Part shown: positions 37,872 through 46,779 of the stretch, piece after piece | Numbering within the stretch: the first letter of the stretch is position 1 | How the letters are laid out: every line of letters begins with the position of its first letter | NCBI GenBank assembly: GCA_051747585.1 | Contig: JBNJGH010000015.1 | Location: forward strand, 1-46,805 | Direction: 5' to 3' | Origin: Candidatus Rifleibacteriota bacterium | GTDB taxonomy: Bacteria > Muiribacteriota > Ozemobacteria > Ozemobacterales > Ozemobacteraceae | Length of the DNA stretch: 46,805 nucleotides | Made by a program: the position numbers and the translations under genes | The notes under the pieces: model-generated | What the model saw: only the letters and a program-made list of their open reading frames with translations | Told to the model about the DNA's origin: nothing | Database searches by the model: none

Positions 37872-40800
37872 ATGACTAACGGCCAGGGTAAAAAACAAAC
37901 CGTAGAGAGCTTGATGCTGCAAAGAGGTTTGTTGACTGAAGAAAAACTTGAAAAAGCAAAAAACATACAGGCACAGACACTTGAAAGACTTGAAAACATT
38001 ATTATCAGGCTGGGGTTCTTATCAGAAAAGCAAATTTTAGATCTCTGGGCTGAATTTTTAGGGGTTTCGGTAGTTGATCTTACAAATATCAAAGTCGATG
38101 CCAAAATTCTTTCATTGATTCCCGAATATCAGGCCAAACAATACAAAATGATTCCAATGAAAAAGGAAGGAAACAAGCTGACTGTTGTTATGGCTGATCC
38201 TTTCGATATTATGGCCACCGATATGATTTCATTTTTGACTCAGTGTAAGCTTGAAGTTTTGATTGCGCCAAAAAATCAGATTGAGCTTGCAATAAGACAG
38301 CTGTATTCCTGGGAAGGGTTTTCCATTAGCGAAGGGGATGAAGATAAAAAGGCAAAAGCCCTTGAGCCCAACGATTTTGGCATAGAAATAGCCAGAAAAA
38401 CTTCAGAACAGGGAGCTGTGGTTCAGTTTCTCAATGCAATTTTTAAGCAGGCAATATTAAAAAGAGCTTCTGATATTCATGTTGAACCCCGCGAAGATAT
38501 TCTTCTGGTTAGATTTAGAATTGATGGTATGCTTCACGATGCTATGACCGGGCCTAGAAGCATTCTACCGCCTCTTATCAGTAGAATTAAAATTTTATCC
38601 CATCTCGATATAGCAGAGCGAAGAATGCCTCAAGATGGTCGACTTAAAGTCAGAATGCAGGATAGCGAAATAGATTTTCGTGTCTCTACTGTTCCAAGTT
38701 TGTTGGGTGAGAAGGCAGTTTTAAGGTTGTTGCAGCGCGAAGCAAAATTCGATCTTGATAATCTTGGATTTTTTGAAGATGACTTGAACAGGTTGAAATC
38801 TGCACTGGATGAGCCTTATGGCCTGGTGTTGGTTACGGGGCCAACCGGTGCCGGTAAAACTACAACGCTTTTCGGTATGCTCAAATATTTTAACAGTAGT
38901 GAAATTAATATTTTTACTATTGAAAACCCGGTCGAATATAGAATTAACGGTATAACTCAGGTTCAGATTAACGACAAAATAGGGCTTGATTTCGCCAGTG
39001 GTTTAAGAGCCGCTCTTCGGCAAGATCCGGATATTATTCTTGTTGGTGAGGTCCGTGATCTCGAAACGGCAGAAATTGCGTTTAGAGCTTCTTTGACCGG
39101 TCATAAAGTTTTATCGACCTTGCATACCAACAATGCGCCGGCCAGTATTAACCGTCTAATAAATATGGGGGTTCCGGCTTATCTGGTTACAGCTGCAATT
39201 AGAGCTGTTGTCGCCCAGAAACTGCTGCATCGAATCTGCCCTCATTGTAAAACTGAATATAAACCAAGTCAGAAAATAATACAGCGATTGAATTTAACTC
39301 CAGGCAAAATAATAGGGCATAAATTTTATCATGGAACCGGATGTAAAGAATGCAATCAGACCGGAACCTTAGGCCGAATCGGTGTTTATGAAAATATGAT
39401 AATGACCGCCTCTCTAAAAGACGTAATTATGGAAGGCGGCACAGAAATGGCTGTCAAGCGGGTTGCTCGGCTCGAAGGTATGCAGACCCTCAGGGAAATG
39501 GCCATTGAAAGGGCCCTTGCCGGTGAATCTACTCTTGAAGAAGTCGTATATGTAACTCCTTCCGATGAACAGGAAAAAAGAATTCCTCTTTCCGGTTTGT
39601 TTAATCAAACGAATACCGTAATGCCGACCGCAATGCCTCAGTCGGCGGCTATGGGTTCTACCATGGCGCCTGCTGAACCCCCGGTTAAGGCTGCTTCACA
39701 AAAGCAGGAAAATAAAACTGACCTCAATGATCCGGTTATTAAAACCATTATAACCTCCCTGGAGAAGGAATACCTTTTCTTTTCAGATGAGCAGTTAGCT
39801 GAAAAAATGCATCTACCTAAACTGCAAATAAAAGAGTTGCTTGAAATGAAAGGGCTGGATCGGACTATTGAAGGTTTTGAGAATTACTTCGGTAAAAAAC
39901 CGCAACAACTCGATGAGGCAGAAATAGCCGATACCATCAAAATGATCCAGGACCAGAATGGCCAGATACCTGAGTTTATTTTCAGTGATGATGAAACGGC
40001 TAAAAAATGGGCAACTACGGCAGTTAAGGTGCTTTTTGAAAAGATTAAAGGGCGCTTGCAGAAGCCTGAAGAGCTCCCGGAAATATTTGACGAAGAACTC
40101 TTATATAAAGCCGGATTAGAACAAGTCTATAGCTGGGCGGGGCAGAGCAGGTTTTATCTAGTCGATCTCGTTTTTCCCGGGCGGTTTAAACCCTGGCAGT
40201 TTGGCGAGATTGATTCCTGGCTCGAAGGTAAAGACAAGGTTGCATGTGCCAGAGAAGCCCTTGAGTGGCTTATGTCAGAAAAACTTGGTTGCAGCCGCGG
40301 TGACTTGCCTGCAATGCTTAACAAGCAGATTTTTAAAGACTGCGGCTTGAGTAAACTGCTCGAATTGTTTGATGACTCATGTTATCAGCTTGTAAACACT
40401 GTTTTTCCAAATGTTTTCAAGCCCTGGCAGTTCGTTGAAGAAGAGCCGCTGATCTGGTTCCAGGAAAACAGATATGAGATTGCCAGTGAAGCAACCAAAT
40501 GGCTGGTTGAAGAACGCCTTGGAATACCGGTTGAAGAAATTCCAAAGCGTATCTCAATTCGCGAATTTCACATGAACGGTTTGTCTAAATTGCTCGATCT
40601 TTTTAACCAGAATCTTTTTCAGGTAATTGACAATGCCTATCCAGATAGATTTAAACCCTGGCAGTTTCATGAACAGGCTGATTTATGGAAAGCTCCCGAT
40701 GCGCTCGAGACTGCTCGACAGGCAACTGAGTGGCTTATAGAAGACCGACTCAAGCTCGATAAAGATAAGGCCGCCTTACATCTTTCCAGACGCCATTTTC

Positions 40801-41372
40801 TTAACAATGGGCTGGGTTTCATGCTCGGTAGCCTGTTTAATCATTCTCACTTTCTCGCACTCGAGAATGCAATCGAAGAACTGAAATCTAATGAAATTTT
40901 TCAGAAGGCTTTGTTTAATTATTCTCAGGAAATTCGTGATATAACAGCTAAATGGGAAGCTCTTGCCGAAAAAATAGCTTTGAATCATTTCGGGAAAGCA
41001 AGATTCAAAGTTACTTTACCGAACCTTAAAATAGCTCCCATAGTACCTGAAAATGAACGTATTTATATCAATGCGGCAAATCAGATTGAGTATGTTCCTC
41101 AGATCGTTATTCCAAAACTTAATGCCTATGCCGATTTTAGTGACTTTTCCAACTGGGTTCCTTATTGTGATCGTCTTACCTACTGGATTCTCGGCGATGA
41201 TCGCAGTACCGGTTATATCGAACCGGCTCATCCCAAAGTAAAGCTTGTCTTTGTTGATTCACTGATTGGCGGGCTACGTTCAAAAGGCTTGCTCGATGTT
41301 GTCGAAAAGGTGCAACAGCTTGTTAACAAGCACAATAGACTTCTCGATCACAAGGCGCCGGCTGGAATCTGA
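37872..41372 (+). CDS. pilB: PilB/GspE-family type IV pilus or type II secretion assembly ATPase with a ~600-aa C-terminal extension
   Basis: ASDIHVEP, RFRIDG, LDIAERRMPQDGR, GPTGAGKTTT, LRQDPDIILVGEVRD, GHKVLSTLHTN, CPHC/CKEC zinc motif, then repeats ending FKPWQF. Confidence 0.88.
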   Translation: MTNGQGKKQTVESLMLQRGLLTEEKLEKAKNIQAQTLERLENIIIRLGFLSEKQILDLWAEFLGVSVVDLTNIKVDAKILSLIPEYQAKQYKMIPMKKEGNKLTVVMADPFDIMATDMISFLTQCKLEVLIAPKNQIELAIRQLYSWEGFSISEGDEDKKAKALEPNDFGIEIARKTSEQGAVVQFLNAIFKQAILKRASDIHVEPREDILLVRFRIDGMLHDAMTGPRSILPPLISRIKILSHLDIAERRMPQDGRLKVRMQDSEIDFRVSTVPSLLGEKAVLRLLQREAKFDLDNLGFFEDDLNRLKSALDEPYGLVLVTGPTGAGKTTTLFGMLKYFNSSEINIFTIENPVEYRINGITQVQINDKIGLDFASGLRAALRQDPDIILVGEVRDLETAEIAFRASLTGHKVLSTLHTNNAPASINRLINMGVPAYLVTAAIRAVVAQKLLHRICPHCKTEYKPSQKIIQRLNLTPGKIIGHKFYHGTGCKECNQTGTLGRIGVYENMIMTASLKDVIMEGGTEMAVKRVARLEGMQTLREMAIERALAGESTLEEVVYVTPSDEQEKRIPLSGLFNQTNTVMPTAMPQSAAMGSTMAPAEPPVKAASQKQENKTDLNDPVIKTIITSLEKEYLFFSDEQLAEKMHLPKLQIKELLEMKGLDRTIEGFENYFGKKPQQLDEAEIADTIKMIQDQNGQIPEFIFSDDETAKKWATTAVKVLFEKIKGRLQKPEELPEIFDEELLYKAGLEQVYSWAGQSRFYLVDLVFPGRFKPWQFGEIDSWLEGKDKVACAREALEWLMSEKLGCSRGDLPAMLNKQIFKDCGLSKLLELFDDSCYQLVNTVFPNVFKPWQFVEEEPLIWFQENRYEIASEATKWLVEERLGIPVEEIPKRISIREFHMNGLSKLLDLFNQNLFQVIDNAYPDRFKPWQFHEQADLWKAPDALETARQATEWLIEDRLKLDKDKAALHLSRRHFLNNGLGFMLGSLFNHSHFLALENAIEELKSNEIFQKALFNYSQEIRDITAKWEALAEKIALNHFGKARFKVTLPNLKIAPIVPENERIYINAANQIEYVPQIVIPKLNAYADFSDFSNWVPYCDRLTYWILGDDRSTGYIEPAHPKVKLVFVDSLIGGLRSKGLLDVVEKVQQLVNKHNRLLDHKAPAGI
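40008..40872 (+). repeat. Four tandem ~77-78-aa protein repeats inside the PilB extension (DUF4046-like)
   Basis: FKPWQF codons start at 40185, 40416 and 40650. Unit consensus AxxWLxExxL...F...GLxxLLxLF...(Y/F)PxxFKPWQF. The fourth unit lacks the final motif. Confidence 0.85.
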
Positions 41373-41380
41373 CATGACTT

Positions 41381-42169
41381 ATGATTAGTTCTTCATTAAC
41401 AGCTGCAGGTTCGATTCGTGAATGCAATCAGGATGCAGTTCTGGTCGACAGGAATTTTCGTTTTGCGGTAATTGTCGATGGCAAGGGCATTAATGGCAGT
41501 CAGGCCGCGCATTTGCTGGCTAATGATATTTTGCTCAAGCTGAAAGAGGATTCTTATTTATATTCTGCTGCCGAAGTAAAAAAAAGAATTTTCGAAGTCT
41601 TTAGGCAGAGCACTGAAGAGCTTGAAGCAAAATATGCCGGCTCCGTTGCCGGAACAGTTTTTGTCTGGGTTCATGCGGGAGTCGTTGCTATGCTTTATTC
41701 GGGGCGATGTCGAGTGACCTCCTCAGCGACAGATGTTTTTCAAAAGGTCGAGGGCAATGAAGGGCTTTTTTATTGCGAACATTCAGCAGATGTAAATAAA
41801 CATTATTTGCTTACTTCAGAAGGTTTTGCTTTCAGCTTCGCAGAAGAAAAACTCAAAAGACTTGTTAAGTGTTTCATGCAGGATTTCAGTAGAGAGAAAC
41901 TGCAAAACTACTGGGCTGAAGCGGCAAATATCTATGATGGAGATGATCGTTCATTGATATTTCTGACTCTCGATAAAACCGATATCGATGCGGGTAAAAA
42001 ACGTGAACTTGAGCTTTTTACTGATATAGACCGCCAGTTTTCTTTTCCTGTTTGGCTCCCTTTAGGTCTTGCCGGGGCAATGGGCGTTCTGGGACTATTT
42101 ATTTCACGTACGTTTATTACAATTTTAAAAAAAATTGTTCCTTCAGATCGAATTAAGTTCTTTAATTAA
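41381..42169 (+). CDS. Degenerate PP2C/PPM-family phosphatase-like protein with a C-terminal TM helix
   Basis: GSIRECNQDA, VIVDGKG, LLTSEGF, DGDDRSLI correspond to PP2C motifs. Hydrophobic segment near the C-terminus. Confidence 0.6.
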   Translation: MISSSLTAAGSIRECNQDAVLVDRNFRFAVIVDGKGINGSQAAHLLANDILLKLKEDSYLYSAAEVKKRIFEVFRQSTEELEAKYAGSVAGTVFVWVHAGVVAMLYSGRCRVTSSATDVFQKVEGNEGLFYCEHSADVNKHYLLTSEGFAFSFAEEKLKRLVKCFMQDFSREKLQNYWAEAANIYDGDDRSLIFLTLDKTDIDAGKKRELELFTDIDRQFSFPVWLPLGLAGAMGVLGLFISRTFITILKKIVPSDRIKFFN

Positions 42170-42227
42170 TAATTGAAGCCAATTTTTCCGATATATATAT
42201 TGAAGGCTTTAAAAAGGAGGGCTTACG

Positions 42228-42362
42228 ATGAATACCACTCTTAATCAGTTCAATATAGACATAGACGGTTCCTATAGAACCATTGACAATCTTCCCGCAC
42301 CTCTGGTATCAACTAACGGTTTCCACAATTCAAAGAAACCACATCTACTCAGAGGAAGATAA
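42228..42362 (+). CDS. Small ORF, 44 aa (MNTTLNQFNIDIDGSYRTIDNLPAPLVSTNGFHNSKKPHLLRGR), directly upstream of hisS
   Basis: AAGGAGG at 42214-42220, 7 nt before ATG. Stop is 8 nt before the hisS ATG. Confidence 0.5.
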   Translation: MNTTLNQFNIDIDGSYRTIDNLPAPLVSTNGFHNSKKPHLLRGR

Positions 42363-42370
42363 TTTAAAAT

Positions 42371-43738
42371 ATGGCAATCTCTACCAGACCACCAAGTGGA
42401 ATGCGTGATTTTCTCTCCGGCGAGCTGGCTAAAAGAAAGCTGGTTATAGCAACAATAGAAAAAGTCTATGAAAAATATGGCTTTGTTCCGATCGAGACTC
42501 CGGCAATAGAAAATCTCAGCACTTTGCTTGGCAAGTATGGTGATGAAGGCGATCAACTGCTTTTCCGAATTCTTCACAGGCGCGACAAACTTGCCAGAGC
42601 TCTTGAAAAAGAAGATGTCAGCGAAAAGAATCTGGCAGATACCGGTTTGCGTTACGATTTAACTGTTCCGCTTGCCCGGGTAATGGCCAATTATGGAGAT
42701 TTGCCCCGTTTTTTCAAGCGTTATCAGATACAACCGGTCTGGCGGGCAGATCGCCCCGGAAAAGGCCGTTTTCGCGAATTCCTTCAGTGTGATGTCGACA
42801 TCACCGGCACCGGGTCGCTGCTGGCTGAAGCAGAAGTTTGCTCTGCTGTGGCAGAGGTTTTTAAAGCTCTTAAATTCGATAATTTTAAAATACACATAAA
42901 TCATCGCCAGCTGCTCAAATGCCTCATAAAAGCGGCCGGTATAGAAACAGAAAATGAGTCGACAACACTGGTTGCCGTCGATAAGCTCGATAAGATTGGT
43001 ATCGATGGGGTTAAAAAAGAGTTGCACGATCGCGGAATAACTCAGCAACAGAGTGAATCTCTGCTGCAACTGATACAAAGACCTGAATCCCTGAGCGAGG
43101 AGCAGGAGCTGCAAAGGTTAAAAGAAAAACTTGCCGATACTGCTCAGGCAGAGTCTTATATCAGAGAGCTGGAAACCTTGTTGAATCTATTGAATCAAAC
43201 TGAAGCAGCAGACAGAGTTTTTATCGATGCTTCTCTTGCCCGTGGGCTTGGCTATTATACAGGATCCATTTTCGAAATAAGATCTTCAGAACTTGGGTCG
43301 AGTCTTGGCGGTGGCGGTAGATACGATGAGCTTATTGGTATGTTCAAAGGTCGCCAGATTCCGGCAGTTGGTTTTTCTATCGGTTTTGAAAGACTGGTTA
43401 TGATTCTCGAAGAAAAGGGATTCTTTGGAGACCTTACGGCAGGACCAGACCTGATGCTTTGTCATTTCAAAGATGTTGCCGATGCCGAAGTGCTGCGGGT
43501 CGCCAATATTTTTAGAAGCTCGGGGCTCAAAGTCGAGGTTTATCCTGAAGCCTCAAAAATCGGCAAGCAAATTTCTTATGCCGAATCGGTTAATGCAGGC
43601 TGGGCAGCTATCCTGGGCGCAGCCGAAGTTGCAGAGCAAAAAATTAAGGTGAAAAACCTTAAAACCGGTGACCAGCAAAATCTTACCTACGAGCAGGCCG
43701 CCACTTTTTCAAAATCTCCCCCCAAAAAACTAATGTAA
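42371..43738 (+). CDS. hisS: Histidine--tRNA ligase
   Basis: GMRDFL, LRYDLTVPLAR, WRADRPGKGRFREFLQCDVD, LARGLGYYTG, GGGGRYDELIG, anticodon-binding domain. Confidence 0.97.
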   Translation: MAISTRPPSGMRDFLSGELAKRKLVIATIEKVYEKYGFVPIETPAIENLSTLLGKYGDEGDQLLFRILHRRDKLARALEKEDVSEKNLADTGLRYDLTVPLARVMANYGDLPRFFKRYQIQPVWRADRPGKGRFREFLQCDVDITGTGSLLAEAEVCSAVAEVFKALKFDNFKIHINHRQLLKCLIKAAGIETENESTTLVAVDKLDKIGIDGVKKELHDRGITQQQSESLLQLIQRPESLSEEQELQRLKEKLADTAQAESYIRELETLLNLLNQTEAADRVFIDASLARGLGYYTGSIFEIRSSELGSSLGGGGRYDELIGMFKGRQIPAVGFSIGFERLVMILEEKGFFGDLTAGPDLMLCHFKDVADAEVLRVANIFRSSGLKVEVYPEASKIGKQISYAESVNAGWAAILGAAEVAEQKIKVKNLKTGDQQNLTYEQAATFSKSPPKKLM

Positions 43739-43820
43739 CGATTATCAGTTTGTTTCAAACAAGAATATTCCCAACACCAAGCCGGGTGGAAATTATAATC
43801 GTGCTCGCTTGTCCGCCATT

Positions 43821-43975
43821 AGTAATTATCCATTTAGTCATATTAGTGGGTTTCAAGACATTTTTGTTTTTTATTAAACATTAAAATTTAGAATATCAAA
43901 GATTGCTTCTTCGCGATGCTCATCGCAATGACAATTTGGGGCTGTCATTGCGAGCGAAGCGAAGCAATCTAATGT
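43821..43975 (-). mobile_element. MITE-like family A, reverse-orientation truncated copy
   Basis: Matches the reverse complement of 2301..2135 (AGTAATTATCCATTTAGT...TTTCAAGACATTTTTG...ATATCAAAGATTGCTTC...TGTCATTGCGAGCGAAGCGAAGCAATCT). The second terminus is missing. Confidence 0.75.
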
Positions 43976-44059
43976 TTCCTCGTCATTCCGGAGTTTTTTC
44001 TAAAGTATGTGGAGCATAATGCCGATAATTTTCTAAGAATAGAATCAGGAGGCATGCCA

Positions 44060-44587
44060 ATGAATGTTAACGCTCTCAATCAGACAGATTTCAATATTTT
44101 AAACAATAACGAAAAAAATAACGGCAAAGAAGTTTCAATAAGTTTTGATGACCAGATGAGACAAATGAATCATACCGCTTTTCAAACCGATGATTTGCTC
44201 AACCAGTTCTGGAACATGACCGATAAAATGCCCAAGGATAATCAAATTTCACTGACTGCTTCAGTAATGGCTTCTAAAGTTTTTGGTAAGGGTGTTAATG
44301 ATGAAACCAAAAGCTTTTTGAAAAATGTCAGCAATAGATTCTCTCCCGAAGAAATTGGAGCGTTGAAAGACGAAATCAAGAATCATCCTATGATTCGCAA
44401 CAAATCCGATCAGGATATAAATAGCTTTATTAACGAATTTGAATCTTTTATAAACAGCCAGCAGAAGGGGCAAATGAACGATCTGCAAAAACAGCAGGCA
44501 GCACCTCAATTGAAAACACCCGAAGAATTGTTCTTTCAGACGGCTTTTCTAAAAAATTCCGGAGCAAAATCAGCCGCCGCCGCCTGA
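44060..44587 (+). CDS. Hypothetical helical protein
   Basis: AGGAGG at 44047-44052 favours ATG 44060 over the track start 44009. N/Q-rich, no motif recognised. Confidence 0.65.
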   Translation: MNVNALNQTDFNILNNNEKNNGKEVSISFDDQMRQMNHTAFQTDDLLNQFWNMTDKMPKDNQISLTASVMASKVFGKGVNDETKSFLKNVSNRFSPEEIGALKDEIKNHPMIRNKSDQDINSFINEFESFINSQQKGQMNDLQKQQAAPQLKTPEELFFQTAFLKNSGAKSAAAA

Positions 44588-44620
44588 AAATTTCCGTATT
44601 ATCAATAGGCGATCAATATT

Positions 44621-44652
44621 TTGTAGGGGTTCAAAATTTTGAACCCCTACAA
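44621..44652. repeat. Perfect 32-bp palindrome (GTAG-type REP-like), possible bidirectional terminator between convergent genes
   Basis: TTGTAGGGGTTCAAAATTTTGAACCCCTACAA. Confidence 0.8.
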
Positions 44653-44655
44653 GGA

Positions 44656-45504
44656 TTAATATACCTGCTTTTGAATCATATCCAGAGCGGTGCTTACTCC
44701 GATTAAAAAAGCGCTGCCATTAAAAATTTCATTCTCTGAAAGATTTGATAAAACCATCTCGTCAACAGATTCAAAGTCTTTGGTCATGGTTTTGAAAAAA
44801 TCCTGCTGACTTTCGGTCATTCTTCCGTTAAGAGCAAAATCAAGCCAGTTTTGGCCATAAATGGTGCTTCTATGTTTCAAACGCCTTACTTCTACACTTA
44901 AACGTTTAAACCAGTTAACCTTGAATCTTTTTCCGGCCGCAAAACATCTGGCGGTAAGAAGCATGCCACAAAGGGCGGCGTCTCCATCATTAAGGGGGCT
45001 TTTGCCAAAACCGATTACTTCTAGAAGTGGTATTTCAACCGCTTCAGTGCTGGGCTCTTTTAATGATATAGCAAGTTGTTTTAATCTGTCTTCGAGCTTT
45101 TGAAACCTTTTGAATTTCTTTTCCCTCATCAGGCGACTGATCGTTGAGCGCATGTGACCGGGGTAATCATTTAATATGATTTGTTCAGCCGAATCGAATT
45201 GCGAATAATCTTTTAATTCAATGTGCGCCGTATATGGAATTAGTAATTTTCCGTTTTTAATCTCCCAGCCGTCTTTGGTGTCACTGTAACTATCAAACGC
45301 CGGAAGTTCTTCGCATAAAATAGTATTGGGGCCGTTTTCTTTTTCTTTATTGACAAGTTGCAGCATATTGCCGCTTAAAGAAAAGAAAATTTTCCGGTTC
45401 GGTTCATTGTCACGCAAAGCAAAATTAGCTTCGTTTAGATATAAAAAACTTTTGTCGTAAGCAACTATCCCCGCAGCAAACTCTTTGAGATTTTTCATAA
45501 GCAA
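44656..45504 (-). CDS. DUF2877-like hypothetical protein (divergent)
   Basis: VIGFGKSPLNDGDAALCGM resembles LIGLGPGLTPSGDD..G. STIYGQNWLDFALNG and NGSAFLIGV also fit. Start uncertain. Confidence 0.5.
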   Translation of the reverse strand: MLMKNLKEFAAGIVAYDKSFLYLNEANFALRDNEPNRKIFFSLSGNMLQLVNKEKENGPNTILCEELPAFDSYSDTKDGWEIKNGKLLIPYTAHIELKDYSQFDSAEQIILNDYPGHMRSTISRLMREKKFKRFQKLEDRLKQLAISLKEPSTEAVEIPLLEVIGFGKSPLNDGDAALCGMLLTARCFAAGKRFKVNWFKRLSVEVRRLKHRSTIYGQNWLDFALNGRMTESQQDFFKTMTKDFESVDEMVLSNLSENEIFNGSAFLIGVSTALDMIQKQVY

Positions 45505-45551
45505 ATTTTAGCACAACCATATTGATACTTCCACTACCGGAATTGTAACTC

Positions 45552-45666
45552 AGTAATTATCCATTTGTTTTTAGAAACCGTTTCAAGACATTTAGATTGC
45601 TTCGCTTCGCTCGCAATGACAGCCACAAATTGTCATTGCGAGGAGCGTGGCGACGAAGCAATCTTT
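45552..45666 (+). mobile_element. MITE-like family A, truncated copy (left terminus plus palindrome)
   Basis: Near-identical to 2098-2222 apart from the small inner hairpin. Confidence 0.8.
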
Positions 45667-45696
45667 ATCGAGTTGCCAATAGTATAATAACAATAG

Positions 45697-46602
45697 TCAG
45701 GTTTTTATTTTAACCGGGTTATGCTCGATGTATTTTTCGTTTTTTACTTTAAAAACCGGAAGGAGAAAGTCTGTTTTAAGCCCGACGCCTTTACTTGCCG
45801 GCGCAGAGACTTCCAGGCGCCATTCAAAAAGGTGTGACCCTTCAGGTTGAGAATCATGGGTTTCTTTCGGTATTGGCAGAGTTGCCTTTACAAAGGGCTT
45901 TCCCTTATAAATGTCTGAAGGTTTTCGTTGAACGGTCATAGCTTTTTCAAACAGGGTTTTGTCAGAGGGGGCTTCTGCTCCAGTCCAGACTTCTTCCAGA
46001 TAAAACTTAACCTTAAACGTGCCCTGATTAACATTGGTCGGCAAAATTATATATATATCTGCTTCATGCCCCGGCACTAGTGGTTTCTGACTTAGAATAA
46101 TTTCAGACTCGCCAAATTTCAGAAGTCTGTAAGCCGTTGTTATTAAGTCGAATATTAATCCAAGGGTTGTAATTACCCATAAGAAACCAATTATCTTCAG
46201 TTTCCATGAAGTGCTATCGTTGGAAACAAAAAAGTTCCAGAGCAGTGGAAGAGCGAAAATGGTAAAGAAAATAGTTGCCGGTAATTTTGCTAATACTTTT
46301 TTCAGCTGTTGAGATTTTATCGTAAAAGTTTGCCAGCAGGGATAGATCTTCCATGGACGCCATGGATATTGTTCGTATAAAAGGAATTTTTGCCTCTGGC
46401 GCCAATAAGAACCTGAACCGTAGGATCCCATTATGAGTCCTGCAACAGCAAAAACCAGTCCGGCAATCATTCTGGTGTTGCTGAAAGAAGTTCCTCGAAA
46501 GCCAATCCAGAAGCCTGCCAACAGCAGCAACATTCCCGGGATTACATATACCATGGCGCTGAATAAAGATGGCTGAGCTATGCTGATATCCTCTTTTTTC
46601 AT
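45697..46602 (-). CDS. Hypothetical membrane protein (four TM helices plus a C-terminal beta-sandwich)
   Basis: GAGGGAGG RBS, four hydrophobic segments, C-terminal FEWRLEVSA...FLLPVF. Confidence 0.7.
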   Translation of the reverse strand: MKKEDISIAQPSLFSAMVYVIPGMLLLLAGFWIGFRGTSFSNTRMIAGLVFAVAGLIMGSYGSGSYWRQRQKFLLYEQYPWRPWKIYPCWQTFTIKSQQLKKVLAKLPATIFFTIFALPLLWNFFVSNDSTSWKLKIIGFLWVITTLGLIFDLITTAYRLLKFGESEIILSQKPLVPGHEADIYIILPTNVNQGTFKVKFYLEEVWTGAEAPSDKTLFEKAMTVQRKPSDIYKGKPFVKATLPIPKETHDSQPEGSHLFEWRLEVSAPASKGVGLKTDFLLPVFKVKNEKYIEHNPVKIKT

Positions 46603-46749
46603 TCTCTTATCCTCCCTCTATCTGATTATAACAAAATCCAGATAACAAAAAAGATAAAGTAACGGCTAAAAACAACCGATATACGAAGGGAATAATAATA
46701 TGAATTCATAAAAATCTTACCGGTAAAAGGATACATACCAAATGCTGAA

Positions 46750-46767
46750 GCATTTTCCGGAAAATGC
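46750..46767. promoter_or_regulatory. Perfect 18-bp palindrome immediately upstream of an RBS (candidate operator or hairpin)
   Basis: GCATTTTCCGGAAAATGC followed by AAGGAG and ATG 46780. Confidence 0.4.
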
Positions 46768-46779
46768 CAAGGAGACAAT

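Noticed and set aside
42170..42370. T-box or His attenuator upstream of hisS
   Set aside because: No T-box consensus (AAxxxGGGTGGxACC), no terminator hairpin and no run of His codons.
2098..45666. Repeated palindromes as a CRISPR array or tRNA/ncRNA genes
   Set aside because: The copies are dispersed, with no regular repeat-spacer period, no cas genes and no cloverleaf.
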